A stretch of 63,113 nucleotides of DNA, filler included, from Stramenopiles sp. TOSAG23-6 (Eukaryota), in NCBI GenBank assembly GCA_900128565.1. It is 8 parts of 8 records of this genome, joined end to end, with 100 filler letters (N's around TTAATTAATTAA, not from the genome) between each part and the next. Parts side by side here need not be neighbours in the genome. Positions count along the whole stretch, not along the records: positions 1 to 7,823 come from LT636512.1; positions 7,924 to 15,736 come from LT636513.1; 6 more parts are not named here. One strand, written 5' to 3'. The notes under the pieces were generated by a model, which worked only from the letters and a program-made list of their open reading frames with translations, was not told the DNA's origin and did no database searches. Shown here piece by piece: positions 1 through 11,821 of the stretch; within the stretch, counting starts at the first letter, position 1; every line of letters begins with the position of its first letter. Made by a program: the position numbers and the translations under genes.

Positions 1-2
1 AT

Positions 3-104
3 GTATGTTTTATTTTTTTTCAATTTCGAGTTTTTTTTTCGTACGAAATTTTGTACCTAACAAATTTTTTAGAATTTTTTTTGAATTATTTTTCCAAAAT
101 ACAT
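3..104 (+). mobile_element. Introner-like element copy (upstream exon outside window)
   Basis: GTATGTTTT...TTCGTACGAAATTTTGTACCTAAC...CCAAAATACAT consensus. Confidence 0.8.
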
Positions 105-786
105 AGGTGGAAGTCCGCCACGCAACTAGAGCGAGATATAACACCTGGCCCTGGAGCATATACTCTAAAATCAACATTGAATAGCACTGGTGGATCTATG
201 GCTGGTAGAGTGCCTTCTGAAATTGATATCATCGTGAGAAATGCTAAAAAGACTCCTGTATGTTACACTTTGTGGCAAACAACACTAAAATTTGGTATCT
301 TAGATTTTAATTTTTATTTCATTTGTAACAGATTTGACATATTGTACTAAATATATGGACCCGGCCATTACAATGTAAATTTTTCATCACTTAAAAATAA
401 TTGCGGTAGAATCAGCGAATTTACAAGTTTAACCGATGTCGATTGGATGATGAAAAATGCTTCAAGTATACCTGGGTATGTTCTTTTTAGTAAGTACCTG
501 TACTATATCTTTTTATAGCCCTCTTTATTCATGAATACATATTATATTTTACATATTGCATATATAATAGACCCGGCCACTATGACGCGACACCTATAGG
601 CAAGTCGTTTAGCGCAAGCTTTGGAACATATGTACCCAAGCATTTTGTTGATATTGCTGTCGAAAGGGGAAAGGCAGTACCTGCTCCGGGTTATGCGCAA
701 AAGTTTATTGTGCCAAAGCGAAAAAAAAGACTATCAGAAATTCGGTCCGAGCTCTCTCTCGCCAAAATTATGGAGGACAGGATTAA
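105..786 (+). CDS. Sperm-tail PG-rich repeat (ODF3/STPG-like) protein, 3' part; exons 105-257, 357-475, 571-786
   Basis: Repeated (T/I)PGPG(A/H)Y motifs are rebuilt across introns 258-356 (GT-AT) and 476-570 (GT-AG); stop TAA 784-786. Confidence 0.75.
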
Positions 787-1133
787 AAATAATATATCTA
801 ATAATTCACGACGTGCTATTACATCATACATGTAATGATTAAATGGATTAAATGTAAAGGATAAAAATGACTAACGGTAGTAAGAGAGACACAATTTAAT
901 ATTTCTTGTGAAATCGCGATTTTGCCCTTCGGGAAATCGGTGAAGCTCTCTTCGTATTAAAAAATAAATAAAAAACTATTGAATAAATGTATTACGCTAA
1001 TATATTTGACTTGCATTTTTATAATAGTGTACTAAAAAGCTCAAGCTCGATTTTATCTGAAAACTTGAAAAAAACTTTCGCGCGATTTCCAGCGATTCAG
1101 CAGATAAAAGATGTATATCTCATTTTGAATAAA

Positions 1134-1565
1134 TTATTTTGCGTTTCGTGCGCAATAATTTTTCAAGATAGCAGTAGACATTACAGCTGCATAAAGTGTT
1201 ACTGTGTTAGTCGTGTTGAAATAAGTGCCCACCATGTGAGGAAGTGCTGTTTGAAGAGACTTCGAGTTTTCGAAAAATGTTGAGGCGACAACTGCGACAG
1301 GAGTGAAATTTACAGCCTTGTTAAGGAACTTTTCCGGAACAGCTTTGGACAATACTTGGCTAGTTATTTTCACAACAGCACCGTGAATTTTGCTTTGAGT
1401 ATTCATTACAGTGTGTAACAACTTCTGAACCACATTTTTCCCACCACTTTTTTTCTTTCTTCCTTTAGGTGATTTACGAGCTGATTTGCGAGAACTCTTT
1501 GGACTCTTTGTGCGAGAACGCTTTGGTGATTTTCTTCGTGGAGATCTTGATGCTTTACGTGCCAT
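1134..1565 (-). CDS. Small protein with basic S/P/K/R-rich N-terminus, unknown function
   Basis: 143-aa ORF, SPRRKSPKRSRTKSPK repeats. Confidence 0.6.
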   Translation of the reverse strand: MARKASRSPRRKSPKRSRTKSPKSSRKSARKSPKGRKKKSGGKNVVQKLLHTVMNTQSKIHGAVVKITSQVLSKAVPEKFLNKAVNFTPVAVVASTFFENSKSLQTALPHMVGTYFNTTNTVTLYAAVMSTAILKNYCARNAK

Positions 1566-2309
1566 GTTAAAGAGTTCTTAGTTGTAAAACTGTTGTGTGA
1601 AATGTAAAAAAGATAAAAAACTTGAGTATGTGTGAGTACTGGAGGAGCAATAAAACATGGGAGGGAATCTCTTGAGTTTAGTAACGACAAAGCCTCCAAA
1701 AAGAAAACAAAACACGCCAAACAACACACTAAAGCATGTTCTATGAGCTGTGCGTTATGTATTTCTCATTGTTTATGGAGAGCATTGTTGTGGGAAGCAT
1801 TGTTATGAGAGAGAACTTACGTTAAAATGTCTGCTCAAAAGTAGTATGAAGTGAAGAAGTGAAGAAGTTCCCGCGTTGCAAAGATTCGTTTTCAAGTTTC
1901 AGACCCCTTCTTCATTTTTTTACCAATTCTGCTAGAGTTACAGGGGGAAAAATGAAGGGGTACTTATATTTTTGAATTTACATAAGTACGAAATTTGGAT
2001 ACGAAAATTTGAAATTTTTCGCTGCGTAAATTTAACGGCTGTACACGAAATCTTGGGAAAAGAATAAAATCCTGCACGAAATATTATTCGAAAATGGAAA
2101 ATTCTTTGGATAAGATAAACTCACTCGTCTCTCCAGACGAGAGACACAATTATACAGCCGCTCTCCATTTAAGTTATATAACCGGTTATTTTGCACTAAT
2201 TTCAAAAGTGTGCGGTGTTTTGAACGATAAAGTTATTACTCTCTACATAATTACATAGTAACAAGAAACTATCGGTACATTATATACCAGTGTATCAAGC
2301 CATTTATGG

Positions 2310-5300
2310 ATGATGATAAGAACTTATAATAGAATTCAACCCACGGTGGGTCGTTTTTCCTTGTCGATGTTTATAGCATGTGTTTTCGTGTGTTATTTCT
2401 CGACTTTTGTCTCTGGCGAGGAAGTTGGTGTCCAAATTCACAAAGGAACAAAAGATGGAGATGTACTGCATTCGCTAAACAACTTGGGGGAAGATACATT
2501 TCTATGTGATCCTGAAAATAATAAAAAAGATTGTCAGATATTAAAAGAATTATATTTTGCTACAAAAGGACAGAAATGGACTGGTGCAGCGAAAGACCTC
2601 GGTTTTGGTAAGGGGACTGATTTCTGTACGTGGAATGAGGACAAAATGCATCGTAGTGATTTTGACTATCAAAGTAAAATGGGAGTATTGTGTGACCCTG
2701 ACTCATCTAGTATCATATCTATACAACTGAATAATAGTAATTTAAGTGGATATCTTCCTGATAGTATCGGAGATCTTTTGCAGCTCCGAGTTCTATCTCT
2801 CCGTGGGAATACAATCTCTGGTGTACTACCCAAAACTTTAGCACAATTACAACTGTCTGTATTATTTCTTGACAATAACGAATTTGATGGAGCATTTCCA
2901 CCTGAGTTGTGTCCTTTAATTGATAGCCTTCGTTTCTGCCGTCTACAATCTGCAAACCTAAATCAAGATGGAAGATATAATATGTTCAACTGCCCAGTTC
3001 CATCTTGTCTAACATCTGGTATACTCTTTGACAAATGCAATGTAGTTGATTATAACAACTCATCATGCGGTGAAGGAAAATGTGACACCTCTGGTCAATG
3101 CCGTTGTTATATGGGCTGGTCAGGTAAGAAATGTGACGTTCCATATCTAGAAATTGGGTCTCTCGTAACCTTGGTCTTAATTTTAGCATGTTTCTTTTTA
3201 ATAGCAATGAAAAAATTTCGTGTTTGGTTTAAGTGTCGTAACTTGGCGCGTCTTCGAATGAATTCTGAGCTAATTACCCTCGACGAACCACTCCTTGATA
3301 ATTCAGGTGCAGAGCTTACAGGTTCGCTTATAAATGATGATAGTCAGTGGACGTGTCCTCTCTGTGCTCATGTCGTTAAATGGGATTGTGAAAGCAATCG
3401 TTTTCCTATTGATAACTGCCCAATGTGTGGTGGTCCTGGACCAGATGTTGAGTTACAACATCATGGTAGTAATGATGACGTGTCATCTACTGGACTGAAT
3501 ACTGGACGGTTGCAATTTTTGCGTTTTAGTCGTAAAAGAAATTTAAAGAAAACTTCACCATGGGCACCTGAGTTAGACAGACGAACTGGGACTATAAAAT
3601 GGAAGCGAAGTACTACTATAAAAAATAACAAAAAAAACACGACAGTGGAAGTAGAGAAAATGGAGTACCAACCTCCAAAAGATCCATCTTTATCTCAAAT
3701 TAAACCTTCTGGTGAATCTATTTCTGATCATTTGAATTCTGATCATTTGAATGCCATTTCTCCTCGGGTGTCTTTATCGAATGTATCAAATTCTACAGTT
3801 GAAGAACATGTTCAAAATGCATCTCTTTTTAAGGTAAAAGAAATTGCTGATGATGATACTCCTGGCGAATCCAAAATGGTGGATGGGGCTGCTCCTGACC
3901 CACCGACACTTATATCAAATCCATCATTGTCATCGAAGGGATGGGTAAGACAGTTGAATGCAAAAACAGGTGAAGTATCATTACGATCACTAGGTGATGG
4001 AAATGATGAATCCAAAGGGAAAAAAATTAGTCGAAAACTATTTAAGCTTTTACAACTTGTTTCGGCGCAACCTTTTCATACCAAATTACAGTGGTTTCGT
4101 AAACAAGTAGATAAATTGAGAATTCCAGAAGCTAAAGGCTCCATTGAATTCCAGGTGAGACGAGATTATTTATTGAATGACGCCGTGGATGGATTTGGTA
4201 AAATTAGTTTAACAAAAGACTTACATAAAACTTTTCGCTTCAAGTTTATTGGTGAACCAGCTGTTGATGCTGGTGGTGTGGCGAGGGAGTGGTTTGACCT
4301 TGTTGTTGGCTTACTATTCAATCCAGATTTTGGCTTATTTGAGTATACAAATGTATCAGGATTGTCATATCAAATTAATCGAGATTCTGGTTTAATGCAT
4401 GAAGAACATTTGAACTATTTTTTCGTTGCTGGGCAAGTTATTGGTAAGGCAATTCTAGACAGTATTCCAATACCTGCTCATCTTGCACCTCCTTTATTTA
4501 AGCATATTTTGGGCGTACCAATATCTATGGGTGATGTGTGTTATATGGACGAAGAAACTTATGACTCACTCACCTTGCTCAGAGAAAATCCTGGTGCGGA
4601 GGATGCTATGCTTGATTTTACCATTACTCGAATGGTTTTTGGTGAACCTGTAAATATTGATCTTAAACCGAATGGTTCTACTATAGATGTAACAGATGAG
4701 AACAAAGATGAATATTGTGAACTTGTGATTAAGTGTATTCTATTGGAGGACACGTCGTCACAACTTGGTCAATTATTGAAGGGTATTTATGCAGTTATTC
4801 CTCGAGAATTACTTTCTGTATTCGACCCAACAGAACTTGCAATGGTCCTTGCAGGTCTTCCACGAATTGATGTTGCTGATTGGGAAGCACATACAACTTA
4901 TGTAGAGCCTTTTGATAAAGAACACGAAGTTGTTCGGTGGTTTTGGAGTATCGTAGAAGACTTGAGCCATGAACAAAGAGCAAGAATGCTACAATTTACT
5001 ACAGGGTCGTCGAGAGTTCCTGTGACTGGGTTTGTTGCACTAAAATCACACAATGGAAAGTCTTGTTGTTTCACCATAGCACCATTGAAAGAGTCTGAGT
5101 CAGAGACGGAGGGCGAGACATCAGAGACTTCAAGAAGCAGCAGTACGTCGTGGATCCTTCGGCGACCCTCGTTAGCTTCTTTATTCTCTAGTCGATCAAA
5201 TAATTCCAGTAATAGTGAGTTAGAAAATGCAAATAATAATAGTAATTCCGTTATAGAATCTGAAGAAAAGGATAATGTAAATTCTTCGAGTAGTTCTCAA

Positions 5301-5432
5301 ATGAATCCATATCCTGTTGCTCACACATGTTTCAACCGGCTTGATCTACCAGTGTATCAAACACGAGAAGAATTAGAGACTAAAATATTAGAGATATTAG
5401 AAATGGATGTGACAGGTTTTAGTATTCAATAA
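2310..5432 (+). CDS. Membrane-anchored HECT E3 ubiquitin ligase with LRR and EGF ectodomain
   Basis: Hydrophobic N-terminus, plant-type LRRs (LSGYLPDSIGDL), EGF (CRCYMGWSGKKC), TM helix, WTCPLC..CPMC zinc finger, HECT motifs (DAGGVAREWF, LQFTTGSSRVP, AHTCFNRLDLP). Confidence 0.92.
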   Translation: MMIRTYNRIQPTVGRFSLSMFIACVFVCYFSTFVSGEEVGVQIHKGTKDGDVLHSLNNLGEDTFLCDPENNKKDCQILKELYFATKGQKWTGAAKDLGFGKGTDFCTWNEDKMHRSDFDYQSKMGVLCDPDSSSIISIQLNNSNLSGYLPDSIGDLLQLRVLSLRGNTISGVLPKTLAQLQLSVLFLDNNEFDGAFPPELCPLIDSLRFCRLQSANLNQDGRYNMFNCPVPSCLTSGILFDKCNVVDYNNSSCGEGKCDTSGQCRCYMGWSGKKCDVPYLEIGSLVTLVLILACFFLIAMKKFRVWFKCRNLARLRMNSELITLDEPLLDNSGAELTGSLINDDSQWTCPLCAHVVKWDCESNRFPIDNCPMCGGPGPDVELQHHGSNDDVSSTGLNTGRLQFLRFSRKRNLKKTSPWAPELDRRTGTIKWKRSTTIKNNKKNTTVEVEKMEYQPPKDPSLSQIKPSGESISDHLNSDHLNAISPRVSLSNVSNSTVEEHVQNASLFKVKEIADDDTPGESKMVDGAAPDPPTLISNPSLSSKGWVRQLNAKTGEVSLRSLGDGNDESKGKKISRKLFKLLQLVSAQPFHTKLQWFRKQVDKLRIPEAKGSIEFQVRRDYLLNDAVDGFGKISLTKDLHKTFRFKFIGEPAVDAGGVAREWFDLVVGLLFNPDFGLFEYTNVSGLSYQINRDSGLMHEEHLNYFFVAGQVIGKAILDSIPIPAHLAPPLFKHILGVPISMGDVCYMDEETYDSLTLLRENPGAEDAMLDFTITRMVFGEPVNIDLKPNGSTIDVTDENKDEYCELVIKCILLEDTSSQLGQLLKGIYAVIPRELLSVFDPTELAMVLAGLPRIDVADWEAHTTYVEPFDKEHEVVRWFWSIVEDLSHEQRARMLQFTTGSSRVPVTGFVALKSHNGKSCCFTIAPLKESESETEGETSETSRSSSTSWILRRPSLASLFSSRSNNSSNSELENANNNSNSVIESEEKDNVNSSSSSQMNPYPVAHTCFNRLDLPVYQTREELETKILEILEMDVTGFSIQ

Positions 5433-5588
5433 AATATTTACACTATTATTCATATAAAGAAAGCAGGAATCAATTTAATCTTAGTATAATTACACAAGTT
5501 AAATTCTCTATTTGACACAGGATCTTCCGTCCCACAGATGAGTCACACTTTAGTGCATATGAATGAAAGATATAAGATCTAAAATAAA

Positions 5589-6533
5589 TTAACGTCCGGA
5601 AGGCCCAGAACGTTTCACATTACGTCCAGCACGCATAACTTCATCTACAAGAAGCAACTGTGATGCAATGACGGTACTCAACATTATGAAATGTCTTTTC
5701 ACTGTGTAATTATCCCAAATTCCCATATCCGCTGGTAGCATACCACCACCCCCATATACATCAAGTCCAACAGCATTGCCTGTCTTCTCATGTTCTTCCT
5801 GGAGTTCCAATATTGAATCCATAACATCAAATCCTGAGTTTTCTGCCAAAACTTTTGGAATAATTAACAATGCATCAGCAAATGCTTGTACGCCGAGCTT
5901 TGCTTTACCGGGTACATTTTTCTTAAACTCATTGACCAAATAGCTATGTGCGGCAATTTCAAACGAACCAGCGCCAGGAACAACACCCAAATCGTCTATG
6001 GCATTTTTCACTGCACGTGTACCATCACGAAGAGCATCCTTTAATTGGGCAATAGTGTGTGGATTTGGACCTCTAAGGAGAATCGTACAGGAAGTTGGAT
6101 TTTTAACACCTTCAATGAAACAATATTTACCTTCTCCAAGAGTCTCCTCATAAACGTGATCTGCATGACCAAGGCAATCTGGAGTAAGATCTTCAATACT
6201 GTTGACTTGACGACCACCACAAGCAAGCATAAGACGCTCCATATTACGCCTCTTTGCGCGGCGGAGTGCATAAATTCCTTCTTTGCAGAGCATGTCAAGT
6301 GACATTGGATCAACGCCCTTCTGATTGATAACAACAAACGATTTTCCAGATCCAGGAGGACAAACTTTGCGTTTTAACTCAAGAATGGCTTCTACCTTTT
6401 CGTCGGTGTATGTGCGCTCAGCGGCAACACACTTCTCGCGCTCTTCTGCATTCTTAAACATAAAAGTGGATTCAACATCAGTTTTCTCGTATTCCATAGA
6501 AATATTGGTAGTAAGAATAAAACAGTCACGAAG
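5589..6533 (-). CDS. CCT6: T-complex protein 1 subunit zeta, C-terminal exon only
   Basis: [42 protein letters not shown] motifs. Confidence 0.92.
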   Translation of the reverse strand, partial: LRDCFILTTNISMEYEKTDVESTFMFKNAEEREKCVAAERTYTDEKVEAILELKRKVCPPGSGKSFVVINQKGVDPMSLDMLCKEGIYALRRAKRRNMERLMLACGGRQVNSIEDLTPDCLGHADHVYEETLGEGKYCFIEGVKNPTSCTILLRGPNPHTIAQLKDALRDGTRAVKNAIDDLGVVPGAGSFEIAAHSYLVNEFKKNVPGKAKLGVQAFADALLIIPKVLAENSGFDVMDSILELQEEHEKTGNAVGLDVYGGGGMLPADMGIWDNYTVKRHFIMLSTVIASQLLLVDEVMRAGRNVKRSGPSGR

Positions 6534-6630
6534 ATGTATTTTGGAAAAATATTTCAAAAAAATATTCGTTAGGTACAAAATTTCGTACGAAAAAAAATTT
6601 AGACAAAAAATTAAAAAAAATAAAACCTTC
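6534..6630 (-). mobile_element. Introner-like element, GA(?)-AT ends, joins kelch exon to CCT6 exon
   Basis: GAAGGTTTTATT...CGTACGAAATTTTGTACCTAAC...CCAAAATACAT. Confidence 0.75.
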
Positions 6631-7569
6631 ATGAATGTAAAGACTCAAATCGGCTGATCCAGCGACTGCAGCTGCGTGCCATGCACGTTTGGATGGTACA
6701 TCACCTAGTTCATTCCCTCCTCTAGTATCCGCATGTGTTTTAAATGACCATACTCTTGTTGTCAAATCCAATACTTGAACATCATTAAAGAAAATATCTT
6801 GAGCAAACATTCTATCCGGCCCTGCACCTCCAAATATAAGAAATCCATGACAATTTTTAACAGAGACAAAATTAGCCGTATGACCGCGACGTGCCGAAGG
6901 CGGCAAAAATGATGGAGGACCAACTTTAGTTTCAATAAAACGCCATTCTCTATCCATTACATTAAAGGCATAGAGATCTCCAAATATTTGACGTTTCGTT
7001 CCTGCTTTACCCGACTTATTGTATTCACCCTCACCTCCAAAAATCCATATTTCATTATTTGGCATTGATGTTAATGTATGTCCAGATCTAGGGGGTGGCA
7101 CATTATCTATCACATTAGATTTTTTCCACCCTTTATCAGGCACATCGACATCCATCATCCATAATTCATTTAATCGTCCACCATGAGACCCACCAATACC
7201 ACCAAATAAATACATCACATGACCAGCTATACCAAAAGCGAAACCTTCACGTATTTTCGGTGGTTGATGTTTGATTGATTGATACCTTGTCCATTTCTCA
7301 AGTGAATTTGGATCATTATTTACATTTTCTATTAATTGGTTCACTCCAGAGGATAGNNNNNNNNNNNNNNNNNNNNNNNNNNNNNNNNNNNNNNNNNNNN
7401 NNNNNNNNNNNNNNNNNNNNNNNNNNNNNNNNNNNNNNNNNNNNNNNNNNNNNNNNNNNNNNNNNNNNNNNNNNNNNNNNNNNNNNNNNTTTGCTTTAGC
7501 TATCTTCTCTATCTCATTAGAGCGGTAAATATTGTTTTTTGCCTCACCTTTCAAAAGTTTCCACGACAT
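6631..7569 (-). CDS. Kelch-repeat protein, N-terminal part (contains N gap)
   Basis: [38 protein letters not shown] repeats. Confidence 0.85.
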
Positions 7570-7823
7570 TTACTCTTTTGCAAGATATGTCGAGTAAAAA
7601 TTAAGACAAGTTGATATCCTCGATCTGTCAGTCAAAAAAGATCGTAAGTTTCGTAACGCTCGATCCACCCACAAACTCTGGGTCTAAGAATCTTAGACCC
7701 ACACGAAATTGTCGGGATTTTTGCGAGACCATTTTAGAGATCACGGTCAAAAATTCGATTTTCTTTCTTTTTTTTTTTGTACCAAATTCCGTACCTAAGT
7801 GATTTTTTCTTCAATTTGCAAGA

Positions 7824-7923
7824 NNNNNNNNNNNNNNNNNNNNNNNNNNNNNNNNNNNNNNNNNNNNTTAATTAATTAANNNNNNNNNNNNNNNNNNNNN
7901 NNNNNNNNNNNNNNNNNNNNNNN
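7824..7923. other. Artificial contig spacer (also 15737-15836, 23641-23740, 31543-31642, 39439-39538, 47332-47431, 55224-55323)
   Basis: 100-nt N run with TTAATTAATTAA all-frame stop, every ~7.9 kb. Confidence 0.97.
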
Positions 7924-8170
7924 AAATCGTATTTTAGACGTCGAAAGAACTGTTCAAGAGCAAGACACAAAGACCAAACAAGATCAAGATGAAGCAAAAC
8001 AAGAACAGCTGCAACGCATAATAGAAAATCTGCGTCAACAATTAATAGAACAACAAAGACGGCATACTGAAAGAGAGAAAGTATACACTGATTGTTTTTC
8101 AGGAAATGACAATAGAAAGCAACAACAAAAAAAGAAAGAACATAGTGCACTTGTAAAACAACCTGTTAAT

Positions 8171-9751
8171 GTGAAAGCGAAACAGGAAGAAGTCCATAAA
8201 AAGAGATTTAAAGCAGTGATAAAAGAAATATCCGTTCGAAGAATAAAAGAAGAAGCTTTATGTCTTCAACGACAAAACGACTTGAAGATAAAATGTGAAG
8301 AAGTGGCTCAGCGAGTTGTAAATATAAAACAACATCAAGAAACTAAAAAAATATCAAAAAAGCGAAATACTTTGATAAAACAAGGATTAAACCTTCCGAG
8401 TATTGAAGAAAATGAGATAGGTTTTGTGACTTGGAAACTAGATGGTATATTATACAACCGTTTGCGTGTAAAGTTATTGGTTTTACATGCGTGGCGTCAT
8501 GATGATTGGTGGGAAAATAGATGCAAAGATTTACGCAATCGAGAATGTATTGGATCCTTTAATAGTATTAATTCTCGAAGACATCATAATATATTTGATG
8601 CTTTAGGAAAGAATGCTAATGAGACAAAAGGAGATGTAAAATCTACTTCTTTATGGATAAGCAAGAATTCTAAATTAAGTGCTTATCAGAGGACGTTACA
8701 CGCAATTACCACTTTGAGAAGAAATTGGGATAATACCTCCGTAAATTTATGCACCAAACGGCCTTTAGTTTCATCCTGGTTATCTAGGATGTCATCACAC
8801 ACCTGGGCTCTTCATCAACAACAGATAGATGTTCGTGAGAGAAAGCTGAATAAATCACGAAATATGATTCGTAAACATTTAAACGATTTACAATCTGTAG
8901 TGAAAGAGAGAATGGATTTAGTCCATGTATTAAAAGCCAAACATTTGTATAGCAAATGTACTCGTGCCATGTTCAAACAGGGGTTTGAATGCAAAAGGAA
9001 TAATATTGATAATTTTCCGAATTCAACGAATAATGTAGCTTGTTTTAATAATTTTAGTGACGCAATGGATATTCAACACATTATCAGTGAAAGTTGTAAT
9101 AGTTCTCTCATGCATACATTATGCATTAACGATGCATATGAATTACAAGGTATTTTACATAGTGATATTGACATCTTGACATGTAAAAGTATTAATGCAG
9201 CAATTGACAAGAACAGAAAAGATGTAACTTTACTAAAAAAAACAAAATCAGCATTTGATGCGTCGGAAAAAGCATTGCTTATGAGGATAAAAAAAGTACA
9301 AAATAAAAAAAGCATGACTCTAAATGCTCAAAAACAACGCAGGCAACAAGCATCTAAGTCTAATATGACACTTCATCAGATGGGTGCTCATGTGGGAAAA
9401 ATAGCATTTAGTAAACACGATGCAAATAAGCATGTATTAGCTGCATTATTTTTCATTGATGCTAATGACCATTCTGAGGCATCTTTACATTATGAAAGAG
9501 CAGCTAGAATATACGAAAAGAAAAAGCAGCACGTTGAAGCATACCAACAATACGTGCATGCAGCAAAGAGCTATATATTCAGATTTAAATATGTCGAAGC
9601 GGCTCGGATGTGGGACGGAGCTGCTCATTGTATCGATAGTTCTGTGCAATGTCTCAAAGATGATCATTTAATTGGTTGTAGAAGAAAAAAAGCTCGATCA
9701 TGTAGACTTGAATCGACTAAAGCTAGGAATATGATTACGTACATCAAGTAA
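8171..9751 (+). CDS. Hypothetical coiled-coil protein with C-terminal SNAP/TPR-like helices, probably 5'-incomplete
   Basis: 526-aa ORF; ASLHYERAARIYE..AYQQYVHAAKSY pattern. Confidence 0.6.
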   Translation: MKAKQEEVHKKRFKAVIKEISVRRIKEEALCLQRQNDLKIKCEEVAQRVVNIKQHQETKKISKKRNTLIKQGLNLPSIEENEIGFVTWKLDGILYNRLRVKLLVLHAWRHDDWWENRCKDLRNRECIGSFNSINSRRHHNIFDALGKNANETKGDVKSTSLWISKNSKLSAYQRTLHAITTLRRNWDNTSVNLCTKRPLVSSWLSRMSSHTWALHQQQIDVRERKLNKSRNMIRKHLNDLQSVVKERMDLVHVLKAKHLYSKCTRAMFKQGFECKRNNIDNFPNSTNNVACFNNFSDAMDIQHIISESCNSSLMHTLCINDAYELQGILHSDIDILTCKSINAAIDKNRKDVTLLKKTKSAFDASEKALLMRIKKVQNKKSMTLNAQKQRRQQASKSNMTLHQMGAHVGKIAFSKHDANKHVLAALFFIDANDHSEASLHYERAARIYEKKKQHVEAYQQYVHAAKSYIFRFKYVEAARMWDGAAHCIDSSVQCLKDDHLIGCRRKKARSCRLESTKARNMITYIK

Positions 9752-9787
9752 TACAAATAAACTGTTTTATAGAAATTTATGTGAATA

Positions 9788-11358
9788 TTAAAGCATTCGA
9801 TCTAACATTGCCTTCATTTTCTCTTCTTTTTCTTTACACGAAATAATTTGTGCACGTAGTTGACAGATGGTGTCTTCTTTATTTGCTATAACTTTACGTA
9901 TACGAACATCAAGTTCTTCAAGTTCATAAATCCTTTTTTCGTTAATATCCTCAATCTCTTTAGCATGTTGTTCTTTAATGCTATCTATTGTCGTACTTGT
10001 ATTTATTTTTATAATCTTTTTCTGTTTCAATGAAGATGCAAGAGATTCTTTTAATTGATTTATACTATCCATTGCATCTTCTAAGCGCTTGGCTTGATTA
10101 GCTAATAACATTTTATTATCATTAAGTTCGACTTTGTTTCTTCTTCCCGTAATTTGATTTTTGTGTGTTCCTCCTGAGCTTTCCTTTCAGCTTCCACCAC
10201 ACGTTTTTTTTCTCGTTCAATCTCAAGCTGTGTTTGTTGTTCTACTAATTCTTGTCGCAGATTTTCAATTACTTTTTGCTGATGTTGTTTAATGTTTTTC
10301 TCTTTTCGCTGTTTGTTCTTTGTGTATTCTTCCTTTACAGTTCTTTCGGTTTCTACAATACGCTGTTTATCTTTTTCAATCTCAAGCTGTCTTTGTTTTT
10401 CTATTAATTCTTGTCGCAGATTTTCAATTACTTTTTGCTCCTGCTGTTTTCTTTCTTCCTCCTCCTGAACTTTTTGAGACTTCAAAGTCAAGAGTTGTAT
10501 TTTTTCTTTTTCACTCTCTGATTTCAGGTTTATACAGTTCGCGTGTATTCGGAGATCTTCTAAATGTTTTTTTTCTTCTACTACTTGTTCAATCAAACAA
10601 TTTGCTTCTATTTGAAGATCTTCTACATTTTTTTTCTTTACTTGTATCTCTATTTCTAAATCACTGAGCTCAGATTTCTTTACTGCGATTTCTTTAATAA
10701 GACATTCCTTATCGGCGTGTATTTGCTTTACTCCAATATCCTTATGACTTTCTTCAAAATATTCCTTATCCATCTTTCTTTCAGGATGAATAAAATTTAG
10801 CGTTGCTTCTGCTTCTCTTTGGAGGCGTTCATTTTCTATATACTTTTCTTGAAGCAGTTTTATATTTGCATCAATTTTTACTCTACCATTAGCAGTTTCA
10901 TAAGTATCTTGATTGTCTTTAGTCTTCAGATTATCTTTGTATTTAGATGAAACTGATATAGTACTTGGTGTATTCGCAATGATTGATGCTAACCTTGTTG
11001 ACTTTGCTGCAATTGTTGCAGTGGAGACTGATGGCTTATGAGGTTTTCTCTGTATTTTTTTTGATCTCATAACATACGAAATAAGAGATTCCGTTTTATC
11101 ATTAACCTCTTGAAGATGTTGTTGTGTCAGTTGAAGTTGACGCTGGGTTATTTGTTTGAAAGAAGGTTCGATTGGTACTTGTTTGAACGAGTGATCCTGT
11201 AATTTTACGTTATTGTACGACTCCTTCTCTATAGAACTCTGACATTTCTCATACATAGCACTAGCATTGTTACAAAGATGTATTTTTCTGTCTTTCTGTT
11301 TTTTTTTCAGAGAGTTGTGCGCTCGTTCAAGTTGCTTTAAACGTCTTTGTGACTGCAT
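9788..11358 (-). CDS. Coiled-coil protein with CEP131-like C-terminus, one frameshift near 10130
   Basis: Two overlapping ORFs; ELEELDVRIRKVIANKEDTICQLR resembles the CEP131 C-terminal motif (recalled, not searched). Confidence 0.5.
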
Positions 11359-11821
11359 TATTGATAAAATCTAAGTAGAATAATCAAAAGTATTTTTTAT
11401 TGCATTTTGCTTTCATATTGCTCAGTGATGTTCTTTATAGTTTCAAGGCTACGATGTTCCTAAGCAACTAATAAATATATGTGTATGATAGTATGCTCGT
11501 AATTAACATCAATTCGAATACTTAGGATATTGGTAATAGTAGCATAAAAGAACGGAAGACTTCTGAAGAACGCTATTCATTTACAGTTACAATTATTTTG
11601 ATTCCCGCGGAGATTTTGGACATACCGGGAAGAACAAACAACAACACATCATACCTATAACTACTGTACTAGCTAGTAGTAGAGGTACTGATGCCCTCGA
11701 CAGCAACTTCCAACTAGTACCGTATTTTTTTTCGCTTAGCACGTATAAGGCAAGAGATTTTTCAAAGTGATCAAGATAGAAACTAATATTTACTCGCGTA
11801 GAAACCTGAGATATTCCGAAG

